Source of the DNA: Folioceros fuciformis
Taxonomy: Eukaryota
Assembly (NCBI GenBank): GCA_049999805.1
Contig: JBNGIO010005082.1
Coordinates: 1 to 42,268 of the forward strand
DNA: 42,268 bases
Reading direction: 5' to 3'
In this document: positions 1-11,144 of the stretch, one piece after another
How positions within the stretch are numbered: the first letter of the stretch is position 1
Layout of the letters: each line of letters starts with the position of its first letter
Notes under the pieces: model-generated
The model's input: the letters and a program-made list of their open reading frames with translations, nothing else
What the model was told of the DNA's origin: nothing
The model's database searches: none
Translations under genes and position numbers: made by a program

Positions 1-660
1 ACTATTTGCCGCCCAGCGCCATCATGTTGTGTTCCAAGTTCTTCTCCAGCAGACTCAGCTTCGCAACCACTTGACAGCTCTGGCTTTTGGGAGCCCACAA
101 GTCGTGCGCCAGCAAAACCGCCTTGAGCAGGCTCTGGGCTGCAACCATTGCGAGTTCTGCCATCCTAACAGAAATCCCAGCACAGCCCTGATGCCACCAA
201 ATAGATCTTGAGTTTACGCATCCTCGCAACCCCAAACTCAGTCTCAACCAGCACACCCACCCTCCTGTTGGACACGCAAACCGCCAGGAAGCCAGCCGAA
301 TCCATCTGCACCGGGCAGCAAATTAGGCGTCTTGTCGCATCTGCATTGCTTCCTTTTTAAATCGGTTCACCTGCGATGAGAAGTGCATTTGAAACGTGGA
401 CTTCAAACTGATGGGTTTGGAATCCTTCCATCCCGGGTATGGAAAGCTGGGTATAGTGAACGGGTGCAAAAACCCGAGTATGCGACGAGAACCAGAAACT
501 GATGTTGCTGCTATGTCGTGTATGTCGATATGTCGATATGAAGCCATGGTACATCGAGTTGCGCATCCGCACAGGTCTGCTGATCGTATTTGCCTTAATG
601 GCCATCGGGTATCGATGGGAAAGCAGCCTGAAGTGGTGAATCGTGAGCCGTCCTATAATA

Positions 661-1753
661 GAGCCCACCCTCCCTAAATGTTACCTGTTGGGAGAAGGGC
701 ATTCGGTAACATTTAGGGAGGTGTAACAATTAGAGAATTCAAGTATTTATAAAAAATAAAATATTTAAATTTATTTAAATTATAAAATATATTTGTATAT
801 GATTATTTATTTATTTTATTATATATAATAAATATTATAATACTTAATATTATTATAACTTTATAATAAATAAAAATAAGAAATAAACTTCAAATTGACC
901 TCAAAAAATGGATTATTTCTTGTTTCAAAGAGGACCTGCTTTAAAACTTCTTTTTCAATTTGTTGCAAAGTCGTAATTGTAGAAATAGTATCATGTGGTT
1001 GTTGCTCCAAAAATATAAGTATCACCCCAAGTCCAAGGTGCATCTTTCACTTGAGCACGACCTAAAATAGGCCTTTCTTAATAATATTCTATAGAAGAAT
1101 TTTCAACATTGACAACTTCATTTTCAGGTGGAGGTTGAATAGAAGCTCGTATATCATTTGCATCTGGAGTAGAAAAGATAACACATGCATTTGTCACTTC
1201 ATACTTAACAAATTCTTGTGAAGACATAGTAGGGGTCAATCGTGTTGTTTCAAGTCCCAAATCCTTTATTTAACAAAGAAGCATTTCTATTTCTATGTAA
1301 TCTCTATTGAACAAATCTTCACGTGTTGCTTGATTGACTTACTGTTACTTATCCGACATACTATCACTTGCTCTCTCTTGCCATAATCCAAAGCGTTTCC
1401 AATAATTTCTAATGATTTTCTCTTTAACATCGATACACCCTCTTTTTTTTATGGCATTGCGATTGGATAAGTTACATATTTATATTATCCATGCTATTTT
1501 AAACATAATATGTATGTATAATAAAATTAAAATAATATTTATAGAATTAGACTATAGTAGATATATTATAATAAAATTAAAATAATATGTATAGATTATG
1601 GTGGTTAGAAGTACTTATTTTCATAAAATAAGTAATATATAATATTTATAAAAAATAACATTTAATCTTACTCCCCAACTACAGAGTACCCAAACCTGAA
1701 ACATTTATAGAGATATAACATTTAGGAAGGTCACATTTAGAGAGGGTGGACTG
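661..1753 (-). mobile_element. Non-autonomous Tc1/mariner-superfamily (pogo/Tigger-like) DNA transposon with a decayed transposase C-terminal remnant
   Basis: AT-rich island bounded by imperfect 26-bp TIRs (661-686 gagcccaccctccctaaatgttacct; 1728-1753, reverse complement cagtccaccctctctaaatgtgacct). TA flanks both ends (659-660, 1754-1755). The minus strand at about 1380-1460 reads NAIKKRGCIDVKEKIIRNYWKRFG, resembling the pogo/DDE_1 'AW..V...I.NCW.K.G' motif. Confidence 0.75.
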
Positions 1754-2744
1754 TACAAGTTGCAGGCAGCATAACCGCAGTCATTGTAATACAACATTCC
1801 TGCCTCCAGGGAATGTCAGGCCACTCACTTGCATTAACAAAAAGCGCGTCAGATAACATATGGGGAAGCCCGGCCTTCTTCAAAATCTTGACCTACCTTC
1901 ACCCCTCATGAGGTGTGATAGCAACTCTCCAAGAGCTCTCAAATGAACCCATGACAGTGGCTGGGTGTTCTATATGTGCTTGGCAGCAATCTGCTAGAGC
2001 TGCGTTTGCTATGCCAGGGGAAATGTTGTATGCTCTGCTTCAGCTTCCTGAAGACCTCCTGAAGTGTGAAAAGTGGATGCAGATTCTACAACCCATATTG
2101 CAATCTCCTAGTATCCAGCAGCAAGTTACAGAGGAATCTAGTGGGCTTGAGCCGTTGCTTGTCAACACCTGTGGCCCTTTCATGCATTCGTGCAAGTCAA
2201 ACCTCCTAACAGACAATGTCAATCAGCACGTAAGAGGAATCATGTGCAGTCTGCTTGCTCTTCTTGAAAGACTGTCACAAAGTATGTGCTATTCTGCCCA
2301 AACAACCGTTCTCTCGTTCAAATGACGAACTTCTTCACGTGATCGTCTCACATACATGACGGTAGCTAACTCAGAGGAATTCCAGCGTCCTCCCTGAAAA
2401 TATCTTTCCGATGCTCCCTGCGTAGAGTTGTGGAATCTGACGAACACCTACAAGCAAAGTAAGGCTAATGGATCAGAAAATCAGAAGAGCCTCGTTTTTT
2501 TGGCTATTTCACCAACACAGACAACATCTGATAAGCATCTTTCGGCCCAAGGACAGCGAGGGGAAATCAGCATCATGTCAGGTCCTTTTGTATTCATCTG
2601 ATACGATCACTTCACTCAGGATGCAGCTGAATGATGTGCGAGAGGGAAAAGCAAATGGATTCAGGCATTTATGAGCACTACACGATACTAAGGGGGATGG
2701 GAGAGGCTGGAACTACTCTCGAGCTCAGTTTCAAATCAATGAGA

Positions 2745-2775
2745 TCTACGAGCTACCAACTGGGTAGCTCGTAGA
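2745..2775. repeat. Perfect 13-bp inverted repeat (hairpin) with 5-nt loop
   Basis: tctacgagctacc-aactg-ggtagctcgtaga. Confidence 0.85.
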
Positions 2776-4307
2776 CGAACAAACAAATTGAGTGTCTTAA
2801 ACAAGCCTGTCACCTCACAGCGACGTTTCTATCCCAAGCATGCAGCCATCAGGGTACCAGCGTGAAGCCAACAGCACCCCTTCACAGTTACTCGAAAATC
2901 AGGATCACGAGCATGACAAAGCCTACAGGCTACAGGGATACAGAATCATCTCCGGATTTTCAATCACAATCTGGTGGTCACTCCATCGCCCACAAAACCT
3001 GCAAGAACGGAAGCTAGAACCCCTTCAGGATCTCCAAACTTTCCGACTGAGTGTTGCATTGGCCTCTTCAGCTTATTTTATGCCGAATGCGAACAACCTC
3101 CTTATCCAACACACGAGTGATTATCTTCTTCCGGCGTTCGTTCTTGACAGCTCGTCGAACACACTGGTGGATGATGCAAAGGCATGAGTTCATAGACATA
3201 TCGAAGCTGGGGTTTGCCGCCATGATCACGAACACCGTAGCGTGCATTTCCGGTCCAAGGTGGAGCCAGAAGTTCACGATGTTGCGATTTCTGAGAGACT
3301 CAGTGCTGAATAGTCGGCGGTACTAAGTCCTGTGCATCTCACTGTTGTTATTGCATACTGATGTCTAAACCTGACAGGCATTGCTGGACGTGTGCTACAG
3401 TGGAGGGTGGGTGACGGCTGGCGAGCAGGACTTAGCCAGGAAAGTTCAGCCAGGCCGGACAAGAGGAGGTTGTTAACTCGGTTGTTGCAACTGTTGAGAA
3501 GGCCGTCCTGCCGCCGTGTGCCGTCCTGCTGACGTGAAGTTTAGGAGACGACTCCAACCAGCTCGTCCTGTGGTTGAAAGGCCCCGCCCTTGCCTCTGTG
3601 ATGTCCGCCGACAGTGTGATTGGGTTCTTTTCCCCCTCTCGTCTCCTGCGCTCATCTAGCGCAGGAGACGTACATTTTCCATGGCATTTTCCAGCTGTTA
3701 AGCTGAGAGGTCTGGGGCTCTCTCTCCTGCGGCTGAAGCGCATCTCGTGGGACACACTCCTGGTCCGATTCTCCAATCGGGCTGTCGCTGCCCCTGCTGC
3801 TGCATTTCTCCAATCGTGCATGCGTCCATCGTTCCCCGGGTGCGAGTGGAGTAAAATCCGTCTAAGAAACTCTGGGAATTTCCTGGTACAATGCTTTTCT
3901 AGGAAGCTTGTTCGCATGTGTTCAGAGGATTTTCCTTTCTGCCTTCCCTTTATAGGACTTGTATGGGTAGACCATATGTATTTTCTCTGTTGGGCTGATG
4001 TGGGTGTATGGGCAACAGGAGCTAGTTGTTGCCTCAATGTTTGCTTTGCGTCATTGGCAGCTCGTGGGCCAATGGTAGCTACCTCCTCGGTGTCTTTGGC
4101 CTCCATAGAAGCTAGCTCTTGTTGTCCGTCCTGTCTTCAGTTAGCCTTGTTGTCGACTCTTGCTTCAGCATTATATATTGGTTCTGACATGTTTCCCGTC
4201 GACAGCAAACAAGCTTTGGGTCTCTTCCTCCCAGGGAAGATTCTTGGAAAGGAAGCTTTTTGGGAAGGGAGTCCTCACTGATTTTTTTATCAAGGAGAGG
4301 AAGCGCC

Positions 4308-4973
4308 ATGGCAGAACAACAAGCAGAAAGGGGAATGACCGGAGTGAGCGGGTCTCACACCATGACAGTCAAGGAGGATTCAAATCCAACGACTCCATCC
4401 GTCTACCGCCGTCACAGAAAGTGCTGCATATGTTGTGCTGTGGTTGCTGCCCTTATCGTAATCCTTGTCCTGGTGATCATCATTCTCTCGTTGACTGTAT
4501 TCAAGGCCAAAAGCCCCACTTTCACCACAGACAGTGTGATGCTGGAGAACATCGACCTCAATCTAGTTCCTCCACCGCAGGTAAACCTGACGCTCAGGAT
4601 CACACTGACTGTGCACAACCCCAACATAGCCAGCTTCAAGTACGGGAACAGCACGGCACATATCTACTACCGAGAAATTGAAGTGGGATATGTTCCCATA
4701 CTGGCAGGCGAGATGGAGGCACACTCTGCCAAGACTGCTAGCTCTAGCCTGATAATTGAGCTGGCTAAGTTCGTCTCGGAACCCCTCATCCTCATTCAGG
4801 ACGTTCTGGTTGGAGCCTTTCCTATTACCGTCAACTCTGTTCTCTCCGGCAAGGTTAACATCCTCAACATAGTCAAGAAGCATGTTACAGCCTCAGGATC
4901 ATGCACCACCACCGTTTTCGCTAATTTGACAGCAGGCCCCCTCGACTGTCAGTACTACACGAAGGGCCTGTGA
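4308..4973 (+). CDS. LEA_2 / NDR1-HIN1-like type II membrane protein (copy 1), intronless
   Basis: Basic/Cys-rich segment (RRHRKCCICC), hydrophobic TM helix ending in TVFKAKSP, NPN..SFKY motif and C-terminal Cys pair typical of LEA_2/NHL proteins. ATG at 4308. Confidence 0.9.
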   Translation: MAEQQAERGMTGVSGSHTMTVKEDSNPTTPSVYRRHRKCCICCAVVAALIVILVLVIIILSLTVFKAKSPTFTTDSVMLENIDLNLVPPPQVNLTLRITLTVHNPNIASFKYGNSTAHIYYREIEVGYVPILAGEMEAHSAKTASSSLIIELAKFVSEPLILIQDVLVGAFPITVNSVLSGKVNILNIVKKHVTASGSCTTTVFANLTAGPLDCQYYTKGL

Positions 4974-5292
4974 CCGAGGGCTCTTTTTCCTGAGGCCGTT
5001 CGAAGGTCCTTCTTCTCCACACTCTTGTACCCGGCTCTACTCTCGTGTTCCCTTAAAGAAGAACGGAATTACTTACTGCCAAGGTTATCAGAAAACTGAT
5101 AATCAATTTTTCCGTTCTGTTATCCATATGTAATCCGTACACAGACTTTGCTCAGTTGTGGGTAGGAGAGCTCGGGGGCACACAACTTCAACCTCCTGCA
5201 CCTTCTGCTGGGGCAGTTGTCAATTAGTAAGATTGTCTTCTATCCATAGCTCTTAGTGGCTAGCATTCACCACCTCTCCCATGCATTTCATA

Positions 5293-5395
5293 TTGCCACT
5301 TTTCAGGTCTACTGTGCATCTTGCCATTTTTCACGTCTACTGAGTATCTTGCCACTTTTCACGTCTACTGAGCATCTTGCCACTTTTACTGAGCA
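5293..5395. repeat. Tandem repeat, 28-bp unit, about 3.6 copies
   Basis: Unit ttgccacttttcacgtctactgagcatc starts at 5293, 5321 and 5349, with a partial copy at 5377. Confidence 0.9.
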
Positions 5396-5829
5396 AAAGG
5401 TGATCTCCTGCCCAGTCTAAACCGGACACCCACCAGGCGATTTAAGTGATTGATAGAGAATTTAAAACAATTCTAACAACACTTCCTAGAAGGGTCGGAA
5501 TAGACAGATACTCTTCGTCTTCCCTCTATGAACGGTCCCATGGTTTGCACACGCCCCTCTTGCACCTGTTCTTCCTGTGGAAGAATTTGCTCATAGAGCT
5601 GTGTAGGGGGGGGGGGGGGTGACGCAAAAACAATGTGTGCAAGTGATGTGTGTGTCTTGTGGTTTGTTCTGAAGCAATACCAGAAGAGAACCTTTATTAA
5701 GGCAGAACTTCGCTAGTCAGCGAGACGCTGGATCCAGCTCTCAAATGGCCTATACACAGGCTGGGCTTTCTGTGATCGACGAGGTCACTGCGTCAAGTGA
5801 GCTACATTGTCAGAAATCTTGCACTGCTT

Positions 5830-7704
5830 CTAGTTCTGCAAGTTCTGATGGAACATCTCCAGGTCGATGGGAAGAGGGTGGCCGCCACGGGTATAACTCT
5901 CATCATACTCTCTTTCCTCACGGCTCGGTGGCAGGACAGCAGCATGCCTGGTGCGGCGCTTCATCATCTCTTTCACCATTTTCTCGTCCACGTTGAATGC
6001 AGCCATGAGCAATTCCTGGGGCATGTTCCTGAACACGCTGTCTTCCCCGGCCATATGCATCGGCATGGGCCTGCGTTCACACGGAGCACAGACAGGTCAG
6101 GCAATTATAAGGTTCGTACACAAAAGCTACGAACATTGTCACCCACAAAAGGGACGGTGGTGAGGGATGGAATCACATACAAGTCCGTGGTGGTGAAGGC
6201 GATCAGCTCGCAACCTTCGCGGCCAGCTCGCTTCATCACGGGGTAGCCCATGGGGATCATCAACATGTCACCCTCCTTCATTTCCTCGTCGAAGCAGCGC
6301 TCACCGTTGGGCCTGACGACTTGCACGCGGACAGATCCCCTGCTGCAGTACACCATGTTGTGTCCATTGGCCATGTACCCAGGAGCCACCATCGCCTCCT
6401 GAAGGAGACGGTAATGTCAGGAACGCTACTTCATGAAGTATGGAACCTGCACCTGGGACTTCCTGATAATCGTTCCTTTTACTATCCTAGCTACCACACA
6501 GCAATCACAGCTTACGGGTTCGAGGCGAGTTCGGATGGCGCCCATTCCAGTCTGCGGGCGCATGGTTTGGAGCACAGGCAGACGGAATCGGTTGAGAATA
6601 GTCATGCACCCTCCCTGGCTGCTGTAGCGGTCGCAGTTGGCGTGCTCCATGTCGTACATGAAGTGCACCGTGGACATGGATCCCATCGACTCGGACTCGC
6701 TCCCTTCACGGCCACACTGGTTGCACATGAGGTCGTGGAAGGGGTGATCCTCCTCCACTCGGATGATGCCTCTTTCCTCCTGGCTGTTAACCAGCCTGTC
6801 CACCGTCTGCTCGTCCACGTTCCAAGCCGCCGCCAGCATTTCCTTGCTGAAGCCTCGCATCACGCTGCCGCACTGCTCGCTTCTGCCTCCCATCAGCATG
6901 AACCCCTGCAAGTGCAACCAACAGTCCGGAATCTGCCATCAGCCCTCCCCCGCATTGCAGTAACATGGGTCTGTCAATTCTGAGTCCTCTGCAAAGCGCT
7001 CTTACACTGCATCGCCCAGGCTTCACTGCTACCATCGAGGTGTCGGCCATGGCCAGCAAGTGGCACTCTCCACCGTGCTCCTCCTCCCTCCGATGCTGTT
7101 CATGTCGGCGCTTGCGTTGGCGGTCCTCGTCCCGGCAATGCTCGCGACCCCGTGTACACTCACACCCCCGACTTTCGTCTCCCATGTTGTAGAACCAGAA
7201 CACCATACCCCGGGGAACTGCCACGACCTCGCCCTTCCGGATGATGCGGTAGTCTCGGCGGGCGCCCATGGGCAGGCTCATGCCCATCATCGCCTGTCCT
7301 GTAGCCAGCAACCATTCCACAGAATGCGCAATCAAAGCATGGTACGACGACGTAACGTTGTTCACAATGTGACGTGCCCTGTAGCAGCAGGCACAGGATC
7401 ACCCACAAGAACGGGACAAAGAGACGCACGTACCACGGGTGCAGTAGATGAGCATCGCAGAGTCCGTGTACATGGGCATCAGCAACCCGCGCTCCCTCAA
7501 TTGGATTCTCGCGCCTTCCATACCCGCATTCTCGAGAGCCTCACACCGATCCGATCTCCACATGTCAAACCGACCTCCGTCGGACTCGATCACTCTTTCG
7601 GCTTCCAGCCTCGAGCAATGAGACTGGTCACCCATTGTTGTGGCCACCAGGGCAGCCAGCAGCAGGCTGGCAATCACCGTTCCCAGCCTCCTCATTTGCG
7701 CCAT
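5830..7704 (-). CDS. 11S legumin-like bicupin storage globulin with signal peptide; 5 exons: 7704-7434, 7298-7006, 6905-6516, 6398-6181, 6070-5830
   Basis: Signal peptide MAQMRRLGTVIASLLLAALVA. Legumin-like motifs ERVIESDGG, GEVVAVPRGMVFWFYN, GFSKEMLAAAWNVD, GGCMTILNRFRLPVL, MVAPGYMANGHNMVYCSRGSVRVQVV, MAGEDSVFRNMP. All four GT-AG junctions keep the frame. Confidence 0.9.
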
Positions 7705-7852
7705 GGTTGCAAATTGCTCTGATTTGCAGCAAACTCGCCAGACGTACAGGACTACAGACCCCAAACGTGAGGGAAGAGGAGATGTGTGTCACCGCACAAG
7801 CAAGGGCGGGCTTTATGGCAGTTCGCCCATCCTGTCACTGAATGAAAAGGCT

Positions 7853-7858
7853 CATGCA
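7853..7858. promoter_or_regulatory. Candidate RY element (CATGCA) upstream of the legumin-like gene
   Basis: CATGCA about 150 bp upstream of the ATG, with a TATA-like CATAAA on the minus strand at about 7812-7817. RY boxes are the B3-factor (ABI3/FUS3) sites of storage-protein promoters. A 6-mer can occur by chance. Confidence 0.35.
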
Positions 7859-9022
7859 ACTCCCCGTTTAGGACTGGTGCCAAGTCTAGTACTCCCTTTG
7901 AACAGTTGTACTCCAAGAGGCGGTGTTCCGTCAGTGATGTGTGGAGTGTGCTGCAGTCAGCGAGTAGTCTGGCCAACGTCTGCTTGTCATGCTGGAAACT
8001 AAGAAAGCATGTCAACCCAGGCTTATAACCAGAAGAATAAAACAGTCTCCACGGATCTTAACTACACATCGATCTGGGGATCCTCATGGGAATCATGGGC
8101 ACTGTTTCTTGCTGCGTGGCCCAAGGTCCTCATGGACTTGCTCGCTCAGCCTTCTTGGTGGGGAGCCTGATCTTGCAGGGTTGTAGTAGGAGACACAAGC
8201 TTAGGGAAGGACGAGGATGACAGTATGTATCCCCATATCCCTCACGGCGTCTAGCTGCGCATCCACCCTGGCTAATAACAGAGAACCTCGTGGGTTTCCT
8301 GCCCCCGAAAGCAGCTTGGTTCCTCGTTTTCACCAGTGTGACTCTCGTATGCTCCCAAAGTGTGAAGGTCCCCAGGGGTCCCAGTTGGTTCCTTGAAGGA
8401 AGGAACAGGCTTTGTCAAGCACACGGATTCGCAAGGATTGCAGTCAGGCGACCACAGGCTCTCCCAGAACCCTGCTGTTGCTCAGTACATAATGTACAGG
8501 ACGGGCACAATAGCTTGCAAATGGGTTCCCGATGGTCATTTATGCTTGCTCCTAAAATCGATGTACACCAGAGAAATGAGGGGAAGAAGCGTAAGATGAG
8601 ATGGAGGGAAGAAGCATAAGCTTCAGAAGGAGGCCCTGCAAGAAGCATGAGCAATGAAAAGGGGGTGAACTGCATCGAAGAGTGAAGTGAAAAAGCATCG
8701 AAAGATAAACCCTTGGCTGATGAACACTGGAGCAGGTCTTGCCACTCCTAGCTTGTCTCCGAAGGCTCAAGACGAAAGATAAACCCTCGGCTAATGAAGC
8801 TTGGTGCATGGTTCCAGTGCTTTCCTACACAAACGTTGCTCAGTTGTGGGTCGGAGAGTTCGGGGGCACACAAACGTGCAGCACCTTCTGCTGGTATCAC
8901 TATCGGTCAGTTTGTGCTGCGGAATTGTGGTCAGCCCTTTGTGTGAGGTTAGCAGGGATCACAAACTGCGCAGTTCAAGCTTGGTTGGAGTTCTGGATCG
9001 ACTGTACGTGTTACAGAGACTG

Positions 9023-11144
9023 CTAGCGGGGAGAGGCGTCAACAACGGTGCCGCTGGGCACTCCGGTGTTGGAGATGTCGGGATTGTCAGCGAGAACAGG
9101 AGGTCCGGGCCCCTTGTCCTGCACACCCGCTGAATTCTCTGAATCCTTCGACAGTCCCCAGGGCGTGGTGCGCCACGGGTCATCCAGATCCCGGACCACT
9201 TCGAGGATGGAGGGCCGCCTCTCGGAGTCGTCGAGCTCGCAGCACACCAAGGCCGGGCTCACCAGCGACTGCACCACCTCCGATCCGGAGAAGTATGCCC
9301 CATGCCCAACCCGGTCCCGGAGCCATAGGCGGTCCTCACATCCCGCACGATGTTCTTGCCGTCCGAGATGGATGCAGACCGGTGACCAGCTGGAGTCCAA
9401 CAGCACGACGCCGAGGCTGTAAAACTTGGCCCTTGTCCGTGCGCTTGCGGGTGAGGAAGTACGAGGGGTCGAGGTACCCGGGCGTGCCCTTGACGACCGT
9501 GGAGACGAACCCCGGCCCAGACTCCTCTAGGTCTGGCCGGGCGCCAGCTTGAAGAGCCCGAAATCCTCCACCTTGGCACTCCGCTTGTGCTCCAGCAGGA
9601 TGTCGGAAGCCTTGATGTCCCAGTGGAAAATGGGGCCGGTCGGCCTCGTTGTGCAGGTACGCGATCCCCTGGTGCTCCCCAGCGCAATCCGCAGCCGAGT
9701 GAGGCTCTATCTACGCTCATACTGGGCCAGGTAGGGCGCTTACGAGAAGCTGGGACTCTCGAGTCGGAGACGGATCGTGAGGGGGTGCATGGAGTAGAAG
9801 ACCTCGGACCCAGGATCCCAGCTCCCAACGTTCCATGCCTCCTGGAAGTCTCTGCAGTGGAGAACATCGTTGAATGCGCTGCCTTTGCTTCCCTCCGCAG
9901 TGTAATCCGGGTCCGAGTCCTGCTTGGGAAGATCGCTCTTCAGCTTCTGCCGGGAATCTGTGAATTTGGAAGAATTTCCCACGCACACGGGGTTTTCCTC
10001 CCAGCCACAGCGTCCCGTTCGTTGTAGGGGAGAAGGCGGAGACGCGGTTGTGCTGCAGATTTAGAATGATGGCCGCTGTTAAGCCAGGGCCGGCGTCGTC
10101 CAGCCCGAGCCGTGGCAGGGACGACAGGTTCACCTCTCCGCTCAGATTGTTGGAGAAGAGAAACAGTGCCTGGAGCGATGGCAGCGGGCCGAGGGTTACC
10201 CCGCTCTCGGTTTGGGAGAGCTTGTTGTCAGAGAGGAAAACCGAGGGAGGCGAGGGGATCTCGCCACGCAGCCCGTTGTTGCTCAGATCCAACAACCAGA
10301 GCGAGGGGAGGTTGCACACCAAACCCGGGGGGAGCTCTCCCTGCAGACTGCGCCCCCGCATGCTGAGCTTGGAGAGGTCCAGGAATCTTGCCGAAGGCGC
10401 CCGGGATGGGCTGGGCATCCAGGGGGCTTGTTGTCTGGCCAGCTGCAGAATGGCCAGGGTGGAGCTGTTGGCCAGGTCCCGGGGGAGGGACGCCCGTGAG
10501 CTCGTTGTTGTCCACCAGAGGTACAGCGCGTCCGGGAGAAAGCGCTAAACGATGGATGCCGGGATGGAGCCTGAGAGGGAATTATTGTTCATGTGGAGGT
10601 GCCGGACGGAGGCGAGGTTGCTAAAGGTGGTCGGGATCGGGTCGGTGAAGAAATTCTGATCCATTTGGAGGTGAATGACCGCCGTCAGCTTGCCCCGTTC
10701 CGAGGGCAGCCTGTCAGCTGGTTCCGGCTAACCAGCGGTAGCTGTAGGTGCTGGAGGTTGTCGATGGCAGACGGCAGGCTCCCCGAGATGTTGTTCCGCG
10801 TTACCAGGTTCTTGAGATCCTCGACCTCGGGGGCCAGCTCGCCCTGCAGCCCCATCCGCAAGAGCCGCAGCTCAACTACTATCCCCACGCCTTGCTCGTC
10901 CCTCTCAGAAGACCCACTCCCAAGTGGAGACAAATTGCATTAGTGAATCGGAGGGGCCGCACGGATTATCCCCGTCACAGCTCATCAGTCTCCGGCTCGG
11001 ATCCACCAGCTCAGCTTTCACGGCCCGCAGTGCCGTCAGGCCCTCTAAATTCGTGCCAGTCGTCATCACAGGAAAAGGTATAGGTTGCCGCTCCGCCCCT
11101 TCTGCCAGGATGAGGATGATGCCGATCATCAAGTGGTGGAACAT
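9023..11144 (-). pseudogene. LRR receptor-like kinase pseudogene
   Basis: Signal peptide/LRRNT (ALRAVKAELVDP...), plant LRRs (LQGELAPE, NNISGSLPSAI, LDLSNNGLRGEIP) and kinase motifs ([39 protein letters not shown]) scattered over several frames. In-frame TAG at about 9527-9529. The HRD motif reads HWD. Confidence 0.85.

Noticed and set aside
3432-4281. Long overlapping ORFs of 224 and 235 aa
   Set aside because: No domain-like content; they overlap the LEA_2 promoter region that is shared with copy 2.
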